Shown here one piece after another: positions 24,170-37,496 of a stretch of 64,000 nt of DNA. The translations under genes and the position numbers were made by a program. Position 1 is the stretch's first letter. Every line of letters starts with the position of its first letter. Under the pieces are notes generated by a model. That model searched no databases. It worked only from the letters and a program-made list of their open reading frames with translations, and was not told where the DNA came from. The DNA is taken from assembly GCA_951406725.2 (NCBI GenBank), contig OX597830.1:18786001-18850000 (forward strand), in the 5' to 3' direction. The stretch comes from Octopus vulgaris. Lineage: Eukaryota.

Positions 24170-24552
24170 TTGTCTACTTGCTTCTATCATTGGGCTGCAG
24201 CCATGCCGGTGGGGCACCACTTCGAAGGGTTTAGTCAAACGCATTGACCCCAGTACGTATTTTTTTAAAGTTTGGTACTTATTCTAACGGTATCCTTTGC
24301 CGAACTGTTAGGTTTCGGAGACGTAAATAAACCAACGTCGGTTGTCATGTGGTGATAGAGGTCAAAGATGCACACACACGCATACACATATATGATGAGC
24401 TTCTTTCAGTTTTCGTCTACCAAATGCTCTCGCAAGGCTTTGGTCGGCAACTATGGTAGAATATATCTGCCCAAGGTACCACAAAGTGGGGCCGAGTCTG
24501 AAACGATGTGGTTGGAAAGCAAACTGCTTACCATAAAGCTATACCTGCGCCT
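24170..24552 (-). mobile_element. SINE-A, diverged
   Basis: Family consensus. Confidence 0.75.
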
Positions 24553-24874
24553 ATATATATGGAAGATTCTTAAAGAGAGTGTTCTGAAATTTGGCATACA
24601 AGAGAGAAAAAACCCCCAGAAAATATGGGACTTACTCACCGATCCCCAAATTCCCTTCCGCAATCCTCTCATTAGGAACTTATACTTAAGACAATTTGGG
24701 ATTTAAAGGCCGTCGGTTTATACGAATTATTTTCTCCTGAAAGTATTAGAAAACGTTTTAAGTTTGACCGTTAAATTCGAATAACTAGATGTGAGGTTTG
24801 AGCTGTAATAACCATAAACAACCCTCGCCTTCTCGCCAGTTCACAGATCCACACACGCGCACGCACTGGCACGC

Positions 24875-24905
<31 letters not shown>

Positions 24906-25317
24906 GATTTTTGTGTTTCTTTATTTAGGATTACACTGTACAATGTGTTTTTTTTTTACTAATGTATGACAGCAGTGTGAGACTGAAGTGAAATTTAACT
25001 GCTATATCTAGCAGGTCGGGGCACAGATGCAATAAACCTCGTTGTTGCTGAGTATTCTCAGATCAGTCACTGTCTAACAAAACTAATCGACTACGTTTCA
25101 GCTCCATGTCGAACAAAATAGTCTGCCAATATACAATTATCTTTCTCGCTTGTTTTACAATTTTAATTGTTTATCTTCAGAGTAGGTGACTGAACTAACA
25201 GGTGAGTTAGTTCATTACTTCAGCGAAATGGTCGCCTTTTAGAGACGATGAGAGTTTTCTTATTTTACTAAGGGAAAAGATTAGAAGGAAGTTTTTTCTT
25301 CTATGTATATCCATATC

Positions 25318-25549
25318 TATTTCTTTACTACCCACAAGGGGCTACACATAGAGGGGACAAACAAGGACAGACAAACGGATTAAGTCGATTACATCGACCC
25401 CAGTGCGTAATTGGTACTTATTTAATCGACCCCGAAAGGATGAAAGGCAAGTGTCGACCTCGGCGGAATTTGAACTCAGAACATAAAGACAGACGAAATA
25501 CGGCTACGCATTTTTCCCGACGTGCTAACGTTTCTGCCAGCTCGCCGCC
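25318..25549 (-). mobile_element. SINE-B with 15-bp TSD
   Basis: TSD ATGTATATCCATATC at 25303-25317 and 25550-25564. Confidence 0.9.
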
Positions 25550-26279
25550 ATGTATATCCATATCGTCATGTATGTTTACATCAATGTTATTAGATTCCAT
25601 GTGTTCGTTGAAGCTGATATGGAGCTGAATTTCACATTAGCAAAATCTACGGATACCTTTATACTTAAGTAACTATCGTTGGCGCCATTGCTTTTTGCTT
25701 CCTGCCCCATTTACTTAATGCTTTCTTTCTTCCTCTATACTTGAACACTTCGCCCTTTTCGTTCGCGATGTTGGTTTTCTCAACTTATTCTTTCTGCTTC
25801 TCAACTTCTCTCTTCGTTCATCCCGCACTTCAGCTTTCTGAGTCTCTCATCCCTCTCCATCTTCTTATCAGCCTTGTTTTCTCGCTCTGTTCGCAGATAA
25901 CATTCCACAACCTTAAACGACGGACGAACGATGCATACAGCAGTATAAACCCTGGTATACAAGAGGCATGATAATAGTACTAGGGGTGACTTTGAATAAA
26001 GAACTGCTCGATCAGAGTTCACTTGAGACTAAGTAATAACGACAAGTTGTGTTTAGGCGCCAACGAAGGAGTCTCTGCAGGGTGGCTTGACCCGCCAAAC
26101 ACGGTCGCCAGATTCCCTCTTAAAAGAAAAGGAAACATTGGAGAATACTGTCCAGGATATACTATACACAAAGATGGGATGGTCGTAGTTGGAGAACCTT
26201 TGATAATAGATCTGCTCAGCCGAACCGAACTAAGGCTATGCAACACTCACCAATTACCACCACCGCAACTACCTCCTGA

Positions 26280-27263
26280 TGTAGGCACAAAGAGTCGTAG
26301 TGCCAATCGCACTACAAAAGCGGTTGTTAAAAGAATTTCATATTGGTCACCCAGGAATTTCGAGAATGAAAGTACTTATGAGAAGTTACGTACATTGGCC
26401 TACAATGGATCGTGACATTGAAGAGTCGGTGAAATCCTGCAGAGGTTGTGTCCTTGCAACAAAGTCACTATCGATAAATTCCAACAGTGGCCTAAAACTG
26501 ACAGTCCATGGTCTCATATAGATTTTGTTAGACCAATAAATGGTGCGTATTACCTGATTGTAATAGATAGTAATATTAAGTGGCCGGAAATATGCAAGAT
26601 AAGGTGTCCCGGACACCATAGTTTCAGATAACAGTACGCAGTTTACGGTGTATAAGTTTTAAATTTTTTGAAAAATGTACGCAGTTGTACAAATCTCTAT
26701 TCCGCCATATCGCCCAAGATCAAAGGAGCAAACGGAACGGTTCGTAGATACATTTAAAAGAGCATTAAAAAATCAAGAAACGAGCTAGTCGATGACACAG
26801 CATTGACGCAATTCTCGAGGGTTCATAGGATAGCACTAAACCCAAACACTTGTTAAGGCAAGTCGCCAGTGGAACTAATATTTGATCGAAAAATTTTTGA
26901 CAAGTTGTTATCAGTAAGAAAAATAAATAGGGAAAACACAAAAAATACGACATAGTATTTTAATATCGGTGACAAGGTGTTTTTCAAAATATATAAAAAT
27001 GGAAGAGAAGGTTGGGAAGACGGAGTAGTAACAAAAAGAATAGGCAAAATGACGTATATAAGAGGCGGAAATGGGAACACAAAAGGCATTTACACTAGCT
27101 AAAAAATAGATATACGGAAAAAAAGGAAAGAGATACCCACGGAAATGCTCTACGACACCTTTGATGTTCCGACGCCACAAGGAGTCGAACCTAGGAGTAG
27201 CAGCACAAGAAAGAGGATACAAACAGAGCGGTTGAAAGTAGTGTCTAAAAGGAAGAAATATTA
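26280..27263 (+). pseudogene. Gypsy (Mag/K02A2.6-like) integrase, degenerate
   Basis: EFHIGHPGISRMKVLMRSYVHWPTMDRDIEESVKSCRGC (HHCC), PWSHIDF...YYLIVIDSNIKWPE, GVPDTIVSDN, ERFVDTFKRALKK. Confidence 0.85.
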
Positions 27264-27335
27264 AACTTCCTTAGGAGAAAAAAATAAATAAATAAAAATA
27301 ATAATGATATTAACTTCGAGCGGAAGTCAATCTCA

Positions 27336-28000
27336 AAGGAGAAGATGTTGTGGCGAGAGTCATTGACAACCCTGTGAAAGGTACAGTTTGAAGTCGAGTT
27401 TGAAAAGTTGGAACCGGTAATCGACTGGGATGACGTGATACCGTTAATAAAGGACTGTCTTTTAGATAGCCCTCAATCAATGGATAGCGAGTAATAAGAC
27501 TTTTTATTGGAAAGACAATGCGTCAGGAATCCCATGTGGACCGCTGGAGAATACACGGATTGGCGACTTGCAATGGTATGTTACATGTTAATTAATTGTT
27601 ACGTAAATATCCGATAATAATGGACTGTAAACAAGATTAATGGTACTGCATATGATGAGGGGCGCATGCAACCATTCATGATTTCATTATTATATAATCA
27701 TTTCATTCATATTCATTCTATGTATTGTTTCCTCTGTGGTGTCTTGTCTGTTTTTGTTTGTCCCTCCTCTATGTTGAACCCTTGTGGCTACAATAAAGAA
27801 AGGAGCCATTGACAACCCTGTGGGATTGGAAGAATGGACTGGCCGAACTCTTATAAAAAGTAGCGTATTCGTTGAGACAGGGAGAATGGTGGTAGGAGTC
27901 GTTGACAGTTTGTGGGAGTCGTAGGAGGTCGTTGAGGTGTTTAGTGAATTAATTCGAACTACGTCGTGTGAAAACAGTTGTGCCTATTCCCACTTCGTGA
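27336..28000 (+). mobile_element. Polypurine tract and 3' LTR of the Gypsy remnant (3' boundary uncertain)
   Basis: AAAGGAGAAGA followed by TGTTG at 27346; TATAAAAA at ~27852. Confidence 0.55.
27377..27802 (+). mobile_element. Short retroposed insert with Tx1/SINE-B-like tail inside the LTR
   Basis: Flanked by GAGYCATTGACAACCCTGTG (27357-27376, 27803-27822); ends TGTTTGTCCCTCCTCTATGTTGAACCCTTGTGGCTACAATAAAGAAA. Confidence 0.55.
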
Positions 28001-28518
28001 AATCTGTATATCCAAAGTATAGAAGGATACAATAAATAAATAAGTACTGAGGTCAATTTGTTCGACTAAATTCAAGACCGTGTCCCCAAAATGATTGCCT
28101 TTACTGAAACAAGTAAGCAGTAAAAAACAAACGATTTTAAAAAATAGATAAATGGATCTCCATCGGTTTCGACAATGAGTAGATCGATCCACTGAACTGC
28201 TTACTCCTTGAATTATATAAATTTAAAGGCTGAGTATTTTATAGACGTGTTTGCTTAATGTAATTCTCCGACATAGCGTACGACAAACTCGGCCTTTTGA
28301 ATTACAAGTACAGTCCATACGACGCGCTTCCACATAGTTTCCGCCAACCCAGTTTCACTCATAAAGTATGGGTCGACTCGAGGTTATGGTAATAAATAAA
28401 TAAATAAATAAGTAAATAAAAAAGTCATGCAGTGGGATCGAAACCGAAACTTCCCGGTTATGAAGTGCGCTTCTTAACCACTCGGCGATGCCTACATCCC
28501 ATGGAACAGTCCTCCTTT

Positions 28519-28832
28519 TCTCTCTCTCTCTCTCTCTCTCCCTCGCTCTCTTTCTCTTTCTCTCTCCCTCTCTCTTTCTCTTTCTCTCTCTTTCACTCTC
28601 TCTCCCTCGCCCTTTTTCTCTTTCTCTCTCTCTCCCTCGCTCTCTTTCTCTTCCTCTCTTTCTCTTCCTCTCTTTCTCTTTCTCTCTCTCTCCCTCGCTC
28701 TCTTTCTCTTCCTCTCTTTCTCTTTCACTCTCTCTCCCTCGCTCTCTTTCTCTTTCTCTCTCCCTCGCTTTCTTTCTCTTTCTCTCTCTCTCTCGCTCTC
28801 TTTCTCTTTCTCTCTCTCCCTCGTTCTCTCTC

Positions 28833-28866
<34 letters not shown>

Positions 28867-28873
28867 TCACACA
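28519..28873. repeat. Compound (CT)n low-complexity tract
   Basis: Direct inspection. Confidence 0.95.
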
Positions 28874-29495
28874 CATCAAAGCATTTGTCAATTCCAGACA
28901 ATGGAGGAACAAGAGCTCCATCGAACTTACCGTCTCTCATTCCCAAAACTGACGAAAGTAGCAGCAGCAGCAGCAATAATAATTGCTAATCAAGCTAAAT
29001 GTGTGCAAACAATTAACAATTTGGAATGTTACTTTTGTTGTTGTGGTTATTGTTATATGACTGTCCTTGTTATTGTTTAGCCCTAGGCTAAACAGACCTG
29101 CAATTGTTTCTAATTTTAGCACAAGGCTAACAAATTCAAAGAAAGTGGGGAAGGGCAAGTCGTGTTCTTCAGTGATACTTAACGATGAAAGGCAAAGTCG
29201 ACCGCGGCTGGATTTAAACCCCGAACATAAAGAGCTGTGTGTGTGTGTGTGTTTGTAGGAACATGTTTGTCCCCAGTACCGCTTGACAGCAGCTGTTGGT
29301 GCGTTTACGTCCCCGTAACGTAGCGGTTCGACAAAAGAGACGACAGAGAGAAAAAGTACAAGGCTTCACAAAAATGGAAGTACAGGAGTCGATTCGTTCG
29401 GCTAAAATTCCTCAAGGCGTGCCCCAGCATGGCCGCACTTTAATGCGTAAAACAAGAAAAAGAAAGAAGCATTTTGTCCGACTCGCTAACGTTTC

Positions 29496-30095
29496 TTATT
29501 TCTTTACTGCACCCCACGGGCTACACACAGACGGGACAAACAAGGACAGACAAAGGAATTAAGTCGATTATATCGACCCCATTGCGTAACTGGTACTTAT
29601 TTAATCAACCCCGAAAGGATGAAAGGCAAAGTCGACCTCGCCGGAATTTGAACTCAGAACTTAGCGGCAGACGAAATACCTATTTCTTTAATACCCACAA
29701 GGGGCTAAACACAGAGGGGACAAACAAGGACAGACAAACGGATTAAGTCAATTACTTCGACCCCAGTGCGTAACTGGTACTTAATTTATCGACCCCGAAA
29801 GGATGAAAGGCAAAGTCGATCTCGGCGGAATTTGAACTCACAACGTAACGGCAGACGAAATACCTATTTCTTTACTACCCACAAGGGGCTACACACAGAG
29901 GGGACAAACAAGGACAGACAAAGGGATTAAGTCGATTACGTCAACCCCAGTGCGTAACTGGTACTTAATTTATCGACCCCGAAAGGATGAAAGGCAAAGT
30001 TGATCTCAGCGGAATTTGAACTCAGAACGTAACGGCAGACGAAATACCGCTAAGCATTTCGTCCGGCGTGCTAACGTTTCTGCCAGCTCGCCGCC
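29496..30095 (-). mobile_element. Tandem trimer of SINE-B (one head plus two headless ~184-bp units)
   Basis: Identical junction ACGAAATACC|TATTTCTTTA at 29680 and 29864. Confidence 0.9.
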
Positions 30096-30349
30096 TTAAT
30101 GTTTCTATCAGTTCGTTACCTTTCTGCGTCTTTTTTCTTTCAAGCATTGTGTATCTAGGACTTCATTATCTGATGTGCCCTTACTTTTTAAAGGCAGTAC
30201 TGTGTGGTATTATGGTGTTTATTTCTAACAGGTCAAACGACCGCGGAGAACCCGCTTCCTATTGATTTGTGTTTTGAAATGTTGTTTTGTGTTGTTGCTG
30301 CTGTTATTGCTGTCGCTGTTTAGCTCCAGATCAGCACTGATTAATCATA

Positions 30350-30842
30350 TTCTTTTATTTATTTCAGTCATTTGATTGCGGCCATGCTGGAGCACCGCCT
30401 TTAGTCGAGCAAATCGACCCCAGGACTTACTCTTTGTAAGCCTAGTACTTAATCTATCGGTCTCTTTTGCCGAACCGCCAAGTTACGGGGACGTAAACAC
30501 ACCAGCACCGGACGTCAAGCGATGTTGTGAGGACAAACACAGACACGCAAACATATACACACACATACACATACACATATATATACATATATATACGACG
30601 GGCTTCTTTCAGTTTCCGTCTACCAAATCCACTCACAAGGCTTTGGTCGGCCCAGGCTATAGTAGAAGACACTTGCCCAAGGTGTCACGCAGTGGGACGG
30701 ACTGAATCCGGAACCATGTGGGCAGTACTTTTAGGTCACCTGTAAAAGAGAGGCAAGCCCAAGGGCTGCTCCGGACGGCCCACAGAACACAGAACTATGA
30801 GGCTGGTAAGCAAGCTACTTACCACACAGCCACTCCTACGCC
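30350..30842 (-). mobile_element. SINE-A with a ~70-bp insertion in the tRNA head
   Basis: Consensus is interrupted at 30723-30790, then the head resumes. Confidence 0.8.
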
Positions 30843-30871
30843 TACTAATGATTATTATTAAAATACATATA

Positions 30872-31225
30872 TTTTATCTTTTACTTGTTTCATTCGTTGG
30901 ACTACGGCCAATCGATTTTTCTTTTGCCGAACTGCTACATTGCAAAGACGTAAACAAACCAACAACGGTTGTTAAGCAATAGTAGGGGAACAAACACAAA
31001 CACATACACACATATAAGTACATATATAGATACGTATATCTGTATTTATATGTAAATGCAAACACACACACACACATAACGGGATTCCACGTAGTTTCTG
31101 CCTACCAAATCCACTCACGAAGCATTGGTCTTTCTGAGGCTGTAGCAGAAGACTTTGGCCAAGGTACTGCCCAGTGGGACCGAACTGAAAATAACGTGGT
31201 TCCAATACAAGCTTCTTAACTACCC
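30872..31225 (-). mobile_element. SINE-A, diverged
   Basis: Family consensus with deletion. Confidence 0.7.
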
Positions 31226-31253
31226 AGACATTAGTGAAAATATCAAAATAGAA

Positions 31254-31660
31254 GGTGCAGAAGTGGCTGTGTAGTAAGTAGCTTGCTTACCAACCACATG
31301 GTTCCGGGTTCAGTCCCACTACATGGCACCTTGGGCAAGTGACTTCTACTATGGCCTTGGGCCGACCAAAGCCTTGTGAGTGGATTTGGTAGACGGAAAC
31401 TGAAAGAAGCCCGTCGTATATATGTATATGTATATATATTTGTGTGTGTGTGTCTGTGTTTGTCCCCCCAGCATCGCTTGACAACCGATGCTGGTATGTT
31501 TACGTCCCCGTAACTTAGCGGTTCGGCAAAAGACACCGTTAGAACAAGCACTAGGCTTACAAAGAATTTGTCCTGGGGTCGGTTTGCTCGACTAAAGGCG
31601 GTGTGCTCCAGCATGGCCGCGGCCAAATGACTGAAAGAAACAAGTAAAAGAGTAAAGAGA
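31254..31660 (+). mobile_element. SINE-A, full length
   Basis: A-box TGGCTGTGTAGT, B-box GGTTCAGTCC, internal microsatellite, (AGTAAAAG)n tail. Confidence 0.9.
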
Positions 31661-31906
31661 ACAAAAGTCGACTATCGGGAATCGAACCCGAACCTCAAAC
31701 TCGATTTGTGCGAAAGTTTATAGCACGCTACAGCAGTAATCGCATCGATTTTTCCATGGCAATTATGCAATGTTCTTCTGTTGCACTTTGATGAACTAGT
31801 TAGACTAGGTGCGCAACAGATGTCGTTCGTCTGCACCCAGCTCTGGCAGTGTGCATCTCAGCACAATTGATCGGGCTGGAGGGGGGGGGGAATGCTGCTG
31901 CTGTTT

Positions 31907-31907
<1 letters not shown>

Positions 31908-31947
<40 letters not shown>

Positions 31948-31966
31948 GCTGCTGCTGCTACTACTG

Positions 31967-32000
<34 letters not shown>

Positions 32001-32273
32001 CACCACAACCAACACTACTACTACCATCACCACCACCAACAACAACACTACTACTACTACTACCACCACCACCACAACCAACACTACTACTACCATCACC
32101 ACCACTATTACTACAACTACTACTACTACTACAAACACTACTACTACTACCACCGCCACCACCACTACTGCTACTAGTACTACTACTACCACCACCACCA
32201 CCGCTACTACTACCATCACCACCACCAACACTACTACTACTGCCATCACTACTACTACTACTACTACTACCAT

Positions 32274-32318
<45 letters not shown>

Positions 32319-32326
32319 CACCACTA
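31908..32326. repeat. Compound (ACT/ACC/AAC)n trinucleotide tract
   Basis: Direct inspection. Confidence 0.95.
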
Positions 32327-32743
32327 CGTATCCATGGATATATTCATATACATTTACATATGTATACATGTGCGCGCGTGAGTGCGTCCATGAGGCGTAT
32401 TATAGACTTAATATTTTAACACAAGTGTTGTTTTGTTTCCATTTCTATTTTCTTCCGGACAATAACCACCACATACTTTCTCGCGTATCACAGCCAGCTT
32501 TTGTTTATAGCCAAGCGGAGCGGGTTTTCTAGAATAACCATTACCTTTGTTTTTTTGTATTTTATTTTTGTTTATTCATTTTTTTTTTATTCTTGGTTGT
32601 TTTATTGTTAATTGAAGTCTAATGACACACCGAAACACTGCTACGAATGTTTCTCACTATTGTGTTTTTTTAAGTTTTAAATTGTTTCTGATAAAGAAAT
32701 GCTTGCTTGTTTACTCCGGATGGCAATATACCAGGAAATAAAG

Positions 32744-33155
32744 ATGGCGAGCTGGCAGAAACGTTAGCACGCCGGGCGAAATGCGTAGCCGTATTTCGTC
32801 TGTCTTTACGTTCTGAGTTCAAATTCCGCCGAGGTCGACTTTGCCTTTCATACTTTCGGGGTGGATAAATTAAGTACCAGTTACGCAATGGGGTCGATAT
32901 AATCGACTCAATCCGTTTGTCTGTCCTTGTTTGTCCTCTCTGTGTTTAGCCCTTTGTGGGTAGTGAAGAAATAGGTATTTTGTTTGTCTTTATGTTCTGA
33001 GTTCAAATTCCGCCGAGGTCGACTGCCTTTCATACTTTCGGGGTCGATAAATTAAGTACCAGTTACGTACTGGAGTAGATGTAATCGACTTAATCCGTTT
33101 GTCTGTCCTTGTTTGTCCTCTCTATGTTTAGCCCCTTGCGGGCAATAAAGAAATA
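32744..33155 (+). mobile_element. Tandem dimer of SINE-B
   Basis: Junction AAGAAATAG|GTATTTTG at ~32974, the same position as in the trimer. Confidence 0.9.
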
Positions 33156-33164
33156 AGAAAATAA

Positions 33165-33254
33165 AATGTAAATCAAGATACTGATAGTAAGGGGTCGCGT
33201 GAGTTTCAAGCTTTTGGGTAAGGGTCGCGAGTGCCGAAACGTTGGGAACCACTG
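33165..33254 (-). mobile_element. hAT (Charlie-type) MITE end
   Basis: Minus strand starts CAGTGGTTCCCAAC with repeated CGCGACCC subterminal motifs. Confidence 0.65.
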
Positions 33255-33762
33255 TTCTGAAGAGCTGCTGTTGAAACTGGCTCTGCTGAAGTTCAATGAT
33301 TTCGTCGAGGTATTCATCATTGGCATCTGCTGTCACAACACTAAACGTGAACGGCTGTCTCCCCATGCTGGACATGACTTTCTGGTACAAGCTCATCTAA
33401 GTGCATGGCAGTTGTTTGCTTCAGCTCCCCGGTACAGAAATGTCTCCAGTTCCAGGCAAATCTTCGATCTTACTTACACAGTCGTCCTGTAGAGGAGAGT
33501 TTGCGAAGTTATCATTCTCTGTTCGTCGTTTCCATAAAGGTAGCTCTTCCTTAAACGCCTTCAGGTTTTCTTCTGCTTCAATGATGTTGACTCCACCGCC
33601 CTGCATCTGTCGATTGAGATGATTAAGAGCTTCGAAAATATCGGCCATGTACGCCAAAATGAGAATGAACTCAAAATTTTCGAAACAATCTGCCAGACAA
33701 TGTTATTACTCTCGCGAAAACAGGGCTAATTCCACACGCGTGGCACGAACACGATTCAACAC
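33255..33762 (-). pseudogene. hAT Buster/Charlie-type transposase fragment
   Basis: LAYMADIFEALNHLNRQMQGGGVNIIEAEENLKAFKEELPLWKRR; DEYLDEIIELQQS. Confidence 0.85.
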
Positions 33763-34810
33763 CTGATCAAACAAGACCCATTTTGTCAGTTTTCCTGGCT
33801 CTTTGGTTTTGATAGCCTTTTATAAATGCTTCAGCCAGTTGGCATTGTATTCTCCATTGATGCTGGGGTCATTTTGACGATAGTCAATGAACACAATGCC
33901 TTTTGAATCATAAACAAAAAAACTGAGATCATCACCTTCCCTGCAAATGAAACGACCTTGACCTTCTTTGGAACGGGTGAGGAAGGATGCTTCCACTGCA
34001 TAGATTGTCTCTTTGTCTCTGACTCAAAGTGATTAAGCCAACATTCATCTTGGTTTTCGAAGCGTTCAAGGAAACCAGCTGAATCTGCCTCAAACGTTTC
34101 CTCTGAAGTAATTAGCCTGGCGCGCTTTTGATCAGGGATCAGAAAACATGGCACCTACCGAGTACTTTTGGAAAACAGATTTAGCCGCAAATCATATGAT
34201 TTCATAGTTAGTGTACAAAATACACTTTCTAATCGTCAGTGCAGGCGTAATCAAGACACATGATCGGTACACTGTATTTATTATGGTAGTTTTGACTTTA
34301 AGAGTCTCAGTGTGAGGCATTTACGTGTAGTAATGCCCTTAATATATATATATTCGTTATGTCTAGTTCATTGCGCAGAATATTCTCAGCGCTCTCATGG
34401 AATATGCTAATAGCATTGGCTATTTGATTTATAGTCAATCGCCTGCTATCCATCACCATGTGGTGAACACGATCAATGTTTTCTTCGGTGGTGGCAGTAG
34501 CAGGATGTCCAGATTTTGGGTCTTCTTCTCCCCTCCCTTCCTAAGTTCTGCTGCCCATTTTTGTACCGTTGGTAAAGCTGGAGCATCATCCCGTAATACA
34601 GCAACAGTATTAGCATGAATGTCATTGGGAGCTTAAACCATTTTTCTGCAAGTAACAGAATAATACCAAATTTTACCCATTTTCAAGAGAAGGTGCTACT
34701 AGTTACTTTTTGAAGTGTTCTGTGAACAGTCAAATGTTAGTTTACCTGGAAAGAAACATTGCACTTATTAATAAGAAGTGAGGCATTTACGTGTAGTAAT
34801 GTCCTTAATA
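33763..34810 (-). mobile_element. mariner transposon remnant (5' part), interrupted at ~34160-34360
   Basis: N-terminal PTVQKWAAEL, RRLTINQIANAISIS; catalytic part QDECWLNHFESETKRQSMQWKHPSSPVPKK...AGKVMISVF...KGIVFIDY. Confidence 0.8.
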
Positions 34811-34977
34811 TCAAAACAATACACACACACACACACACACACACATGTATGTATGTATTTGGCATTGTTACATAACGTCGTAAAGCTGGTCACTTTGTAC
34901 CCAGAACAGTGGCCTTTGACCTCCTGAAGCAATAGAAACTGGAGACAAAATTCTTTCGGTCCCAAAAACAAGGCGCG

Positions 34978-35025
<48 letters not shown>

Positions 35026-36201
35026 TTTGTGTGTGTGTATCTATCTAGGTACAGAGAGGTAGTAAAAATATACCGTTAGTTTTTTTTAAATATGTTTTAT
35101 TTTAGAATCCTAATAGCAAATCCTGCTGTAATGATTCTAAAATACAACAAGCTGTAAAGGACTACGTTTGATTTTTGCAGATAATAAAGGTGCGTAGATT
35201 ATGAATTTTGATTGAAGAGAGAGGCCCTCGAAACAAAAAGTTTCAGGGGGCCTCTAAAAGTCATGAGATGGCCCTGCATAAAATGTTACACCAGTAGAGA
35301 TGGATTATAATTTAAATGTTATGAATCAACAAGAGGAAAGCAATAGGGCCTGCCTCGGGCGAGGAAATAAACGGTGCTGTGGTACAATGTTTTGTCCTTT
35401 TTGATGAACGTTATGTGTAATTCAAGGAAGATTTGGCTGCTATCTCTAGTAGGTCGAGAGACCACGTAAAGATTTCCTATGTGCTGTTCCCATGGAGACA
35501 AACAGTCTCGACATACGGTCTCTCTGGCAATGTGGGCTGCCGAGTGGTTAAAATTACATAAATACAGTAACTTTTTTATGAATGCAAATGTCGTAACCAG
35601 CACGGAAAATTACATCAGCACTCTAGACTTTGAAATAATCTGATGAATAATTGAGAAACCAAGTTGCTGGAAGAAATTTAAAGAGATCCTTCCCCCCACC
35701 CTTCATGCATTAAATTCCGATATAATCCTAATTTACACCATCGCATTTGTAGCAATTTTCATTAAAATTTTCATTGAAAGTTTCGAAGAAACAAAAAGGT
35801 TGGAACACAATTGTGTTTGTAGGCCCAATTTATAACCACAGCTGAATAAAGCAGTTTTTTTTCTCTCTGCAACTGATACACTGGTCTTAACTGTGCACAT
35901 TTGTCCATGATGTTGAATAAAAAGTGATTCAACAGCTTACAGAATATTCCGAAGATTGACGAATATTTAGATAGTTTTTGTTGTTGAAATCAAATTGACA
36001 ACATCCAGTCTCTTCAAAATACTTCTAAAAGTGAAGTGGGTCTGTGCTTTAAGTGCTTAAGTGAGATATCTATCTGCTATTCTCAGAAGTTTCCGCATTT
36101 ATTTATGACTGCTGAGTCATGTTGAACACTCAGAATTAAGTAAACTCCCAAATACAGTTAAAATATATTGTGCTGGTCCTTAATTTTTACATACTGCAGG
36201 T

Positions 36202-36366
36202 CACTAATTCCCAACCTTTTCACTACCAAGGACCTCTTTCATATAAATGAATTTTCCCAGGAACCCCAGGATATTGAAAGGTCTGTCAGCTTAACATGTT
36301 CGCGGACCCCCATTACTACCTTTGCGGATCACCAGGGGTCCGCAGACCATAGGTTGGGAAACACTG
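36202..36366. mobile_element. hAT MITE
   Basis: CACTAATTCCCAACC ... GGTTGGGAAACACTG; 8-bp TSD CTGCAGGT/CTGTAGGT. Confidence 0.8.
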
Positions 36367-36405
36367 CTGTAGGTTGTATGTAATTTGTTGCACTAAATGT
36401 GTGCA

Positions 36406-36486
<81 letters not shown>

Positions 36487-36507
36487 AGTGGATCTAGGAG
36501 GAAGGAA

Positions 36508-37282
36508 GTGGATTCGATCCACCATAGCCAAATTTAAATTAAAACTTCAACAGAACTTTTCTCACGGTGGAACAATAGTTTTTCTGTGACAGCAGTTTTA
36601 TATTTGCCAGATGCCTTAGCTAGAACGAAATAATGTCTTCACCACTTGACCTTTCTAACCTCTTCTACTTCAACAAAAGCTAGAATAGAGATATCACAGA
36701 CCACCTGCGAAAACTATTGTTTTCAACGATATGTCTATTCTTCTGGATAGCTATAAAAGCAAGAACCCCAAGCAAAAATCAGTTAGTCACTTGGTGACAA
36801 CTCAGCTAGTCGGCTCGTGACAACTCAATCATTTAGTTAATGAATGACAACTCGAGTCAGAGACAGCTACCATCAGTTAGGGAGCGGAACGCTAGAATCA
36901 TGATCATAAGCAAGGCAGCTACTAAAGGCAATGGTCAAATGGAGAAATTAAATTTACTATCAGCAGCTATGAGATCCAACTTCCCATACTCTCTCACTTT
37001 CACTAACTCATTTTGTCTCCTCTGCATATTACCATATCTCTCTCTATGGTTTACTACTACAATAAGAACAGACAGGCCGAAATTAACTTTTTTACTTCGC
37101 ATGCTCTAGGATTTTATCACCTGTCCGTCGATGTGACGGTAAAAATAAATATTTTCTTCACATATTCAATCACTGTTCTTTCATCTTTACATAATAGCAA
37201 TCAACGAAGAACGAATCCTTACAAACTGATTACAACGCTGACATCTCATATTATTCTTTACTAATCTAATTTCATCCGTTAC

Positions 37283-37356
<74 letters not shown>

Positions 37357-37455
37357 GCGCGCGCGCACACACATACACACATACATACACACACACACAC
37401 ACATAATCTTTTTTTGTTTCAGTCATTTGACTGAGGCGATGCTGGAGCACAACCT

Positions 37456-37496
<41 letters not shown>

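Noticed and set aside
25676-26075. GGCGCCAACG PBS-like motifs (25680 minus strand, 26056 plus strand) as the 5' end of the Gypsy element
   Set aside because: No adjacent LTR matching the 27346 LTR and no gag similarity
28432-28989. Long SL/ER-repeat ORFs
   Set aside because: Products of the (CT)n tract
31849-32532. 227-aa Thr-rich (mucin-like) ORF and overlapping poly-Val/Leu/Tyr ORFs
   Set aside because: Translation of a compound trinucleotide microsatellite, open in several frames; no signal peptide or splice support
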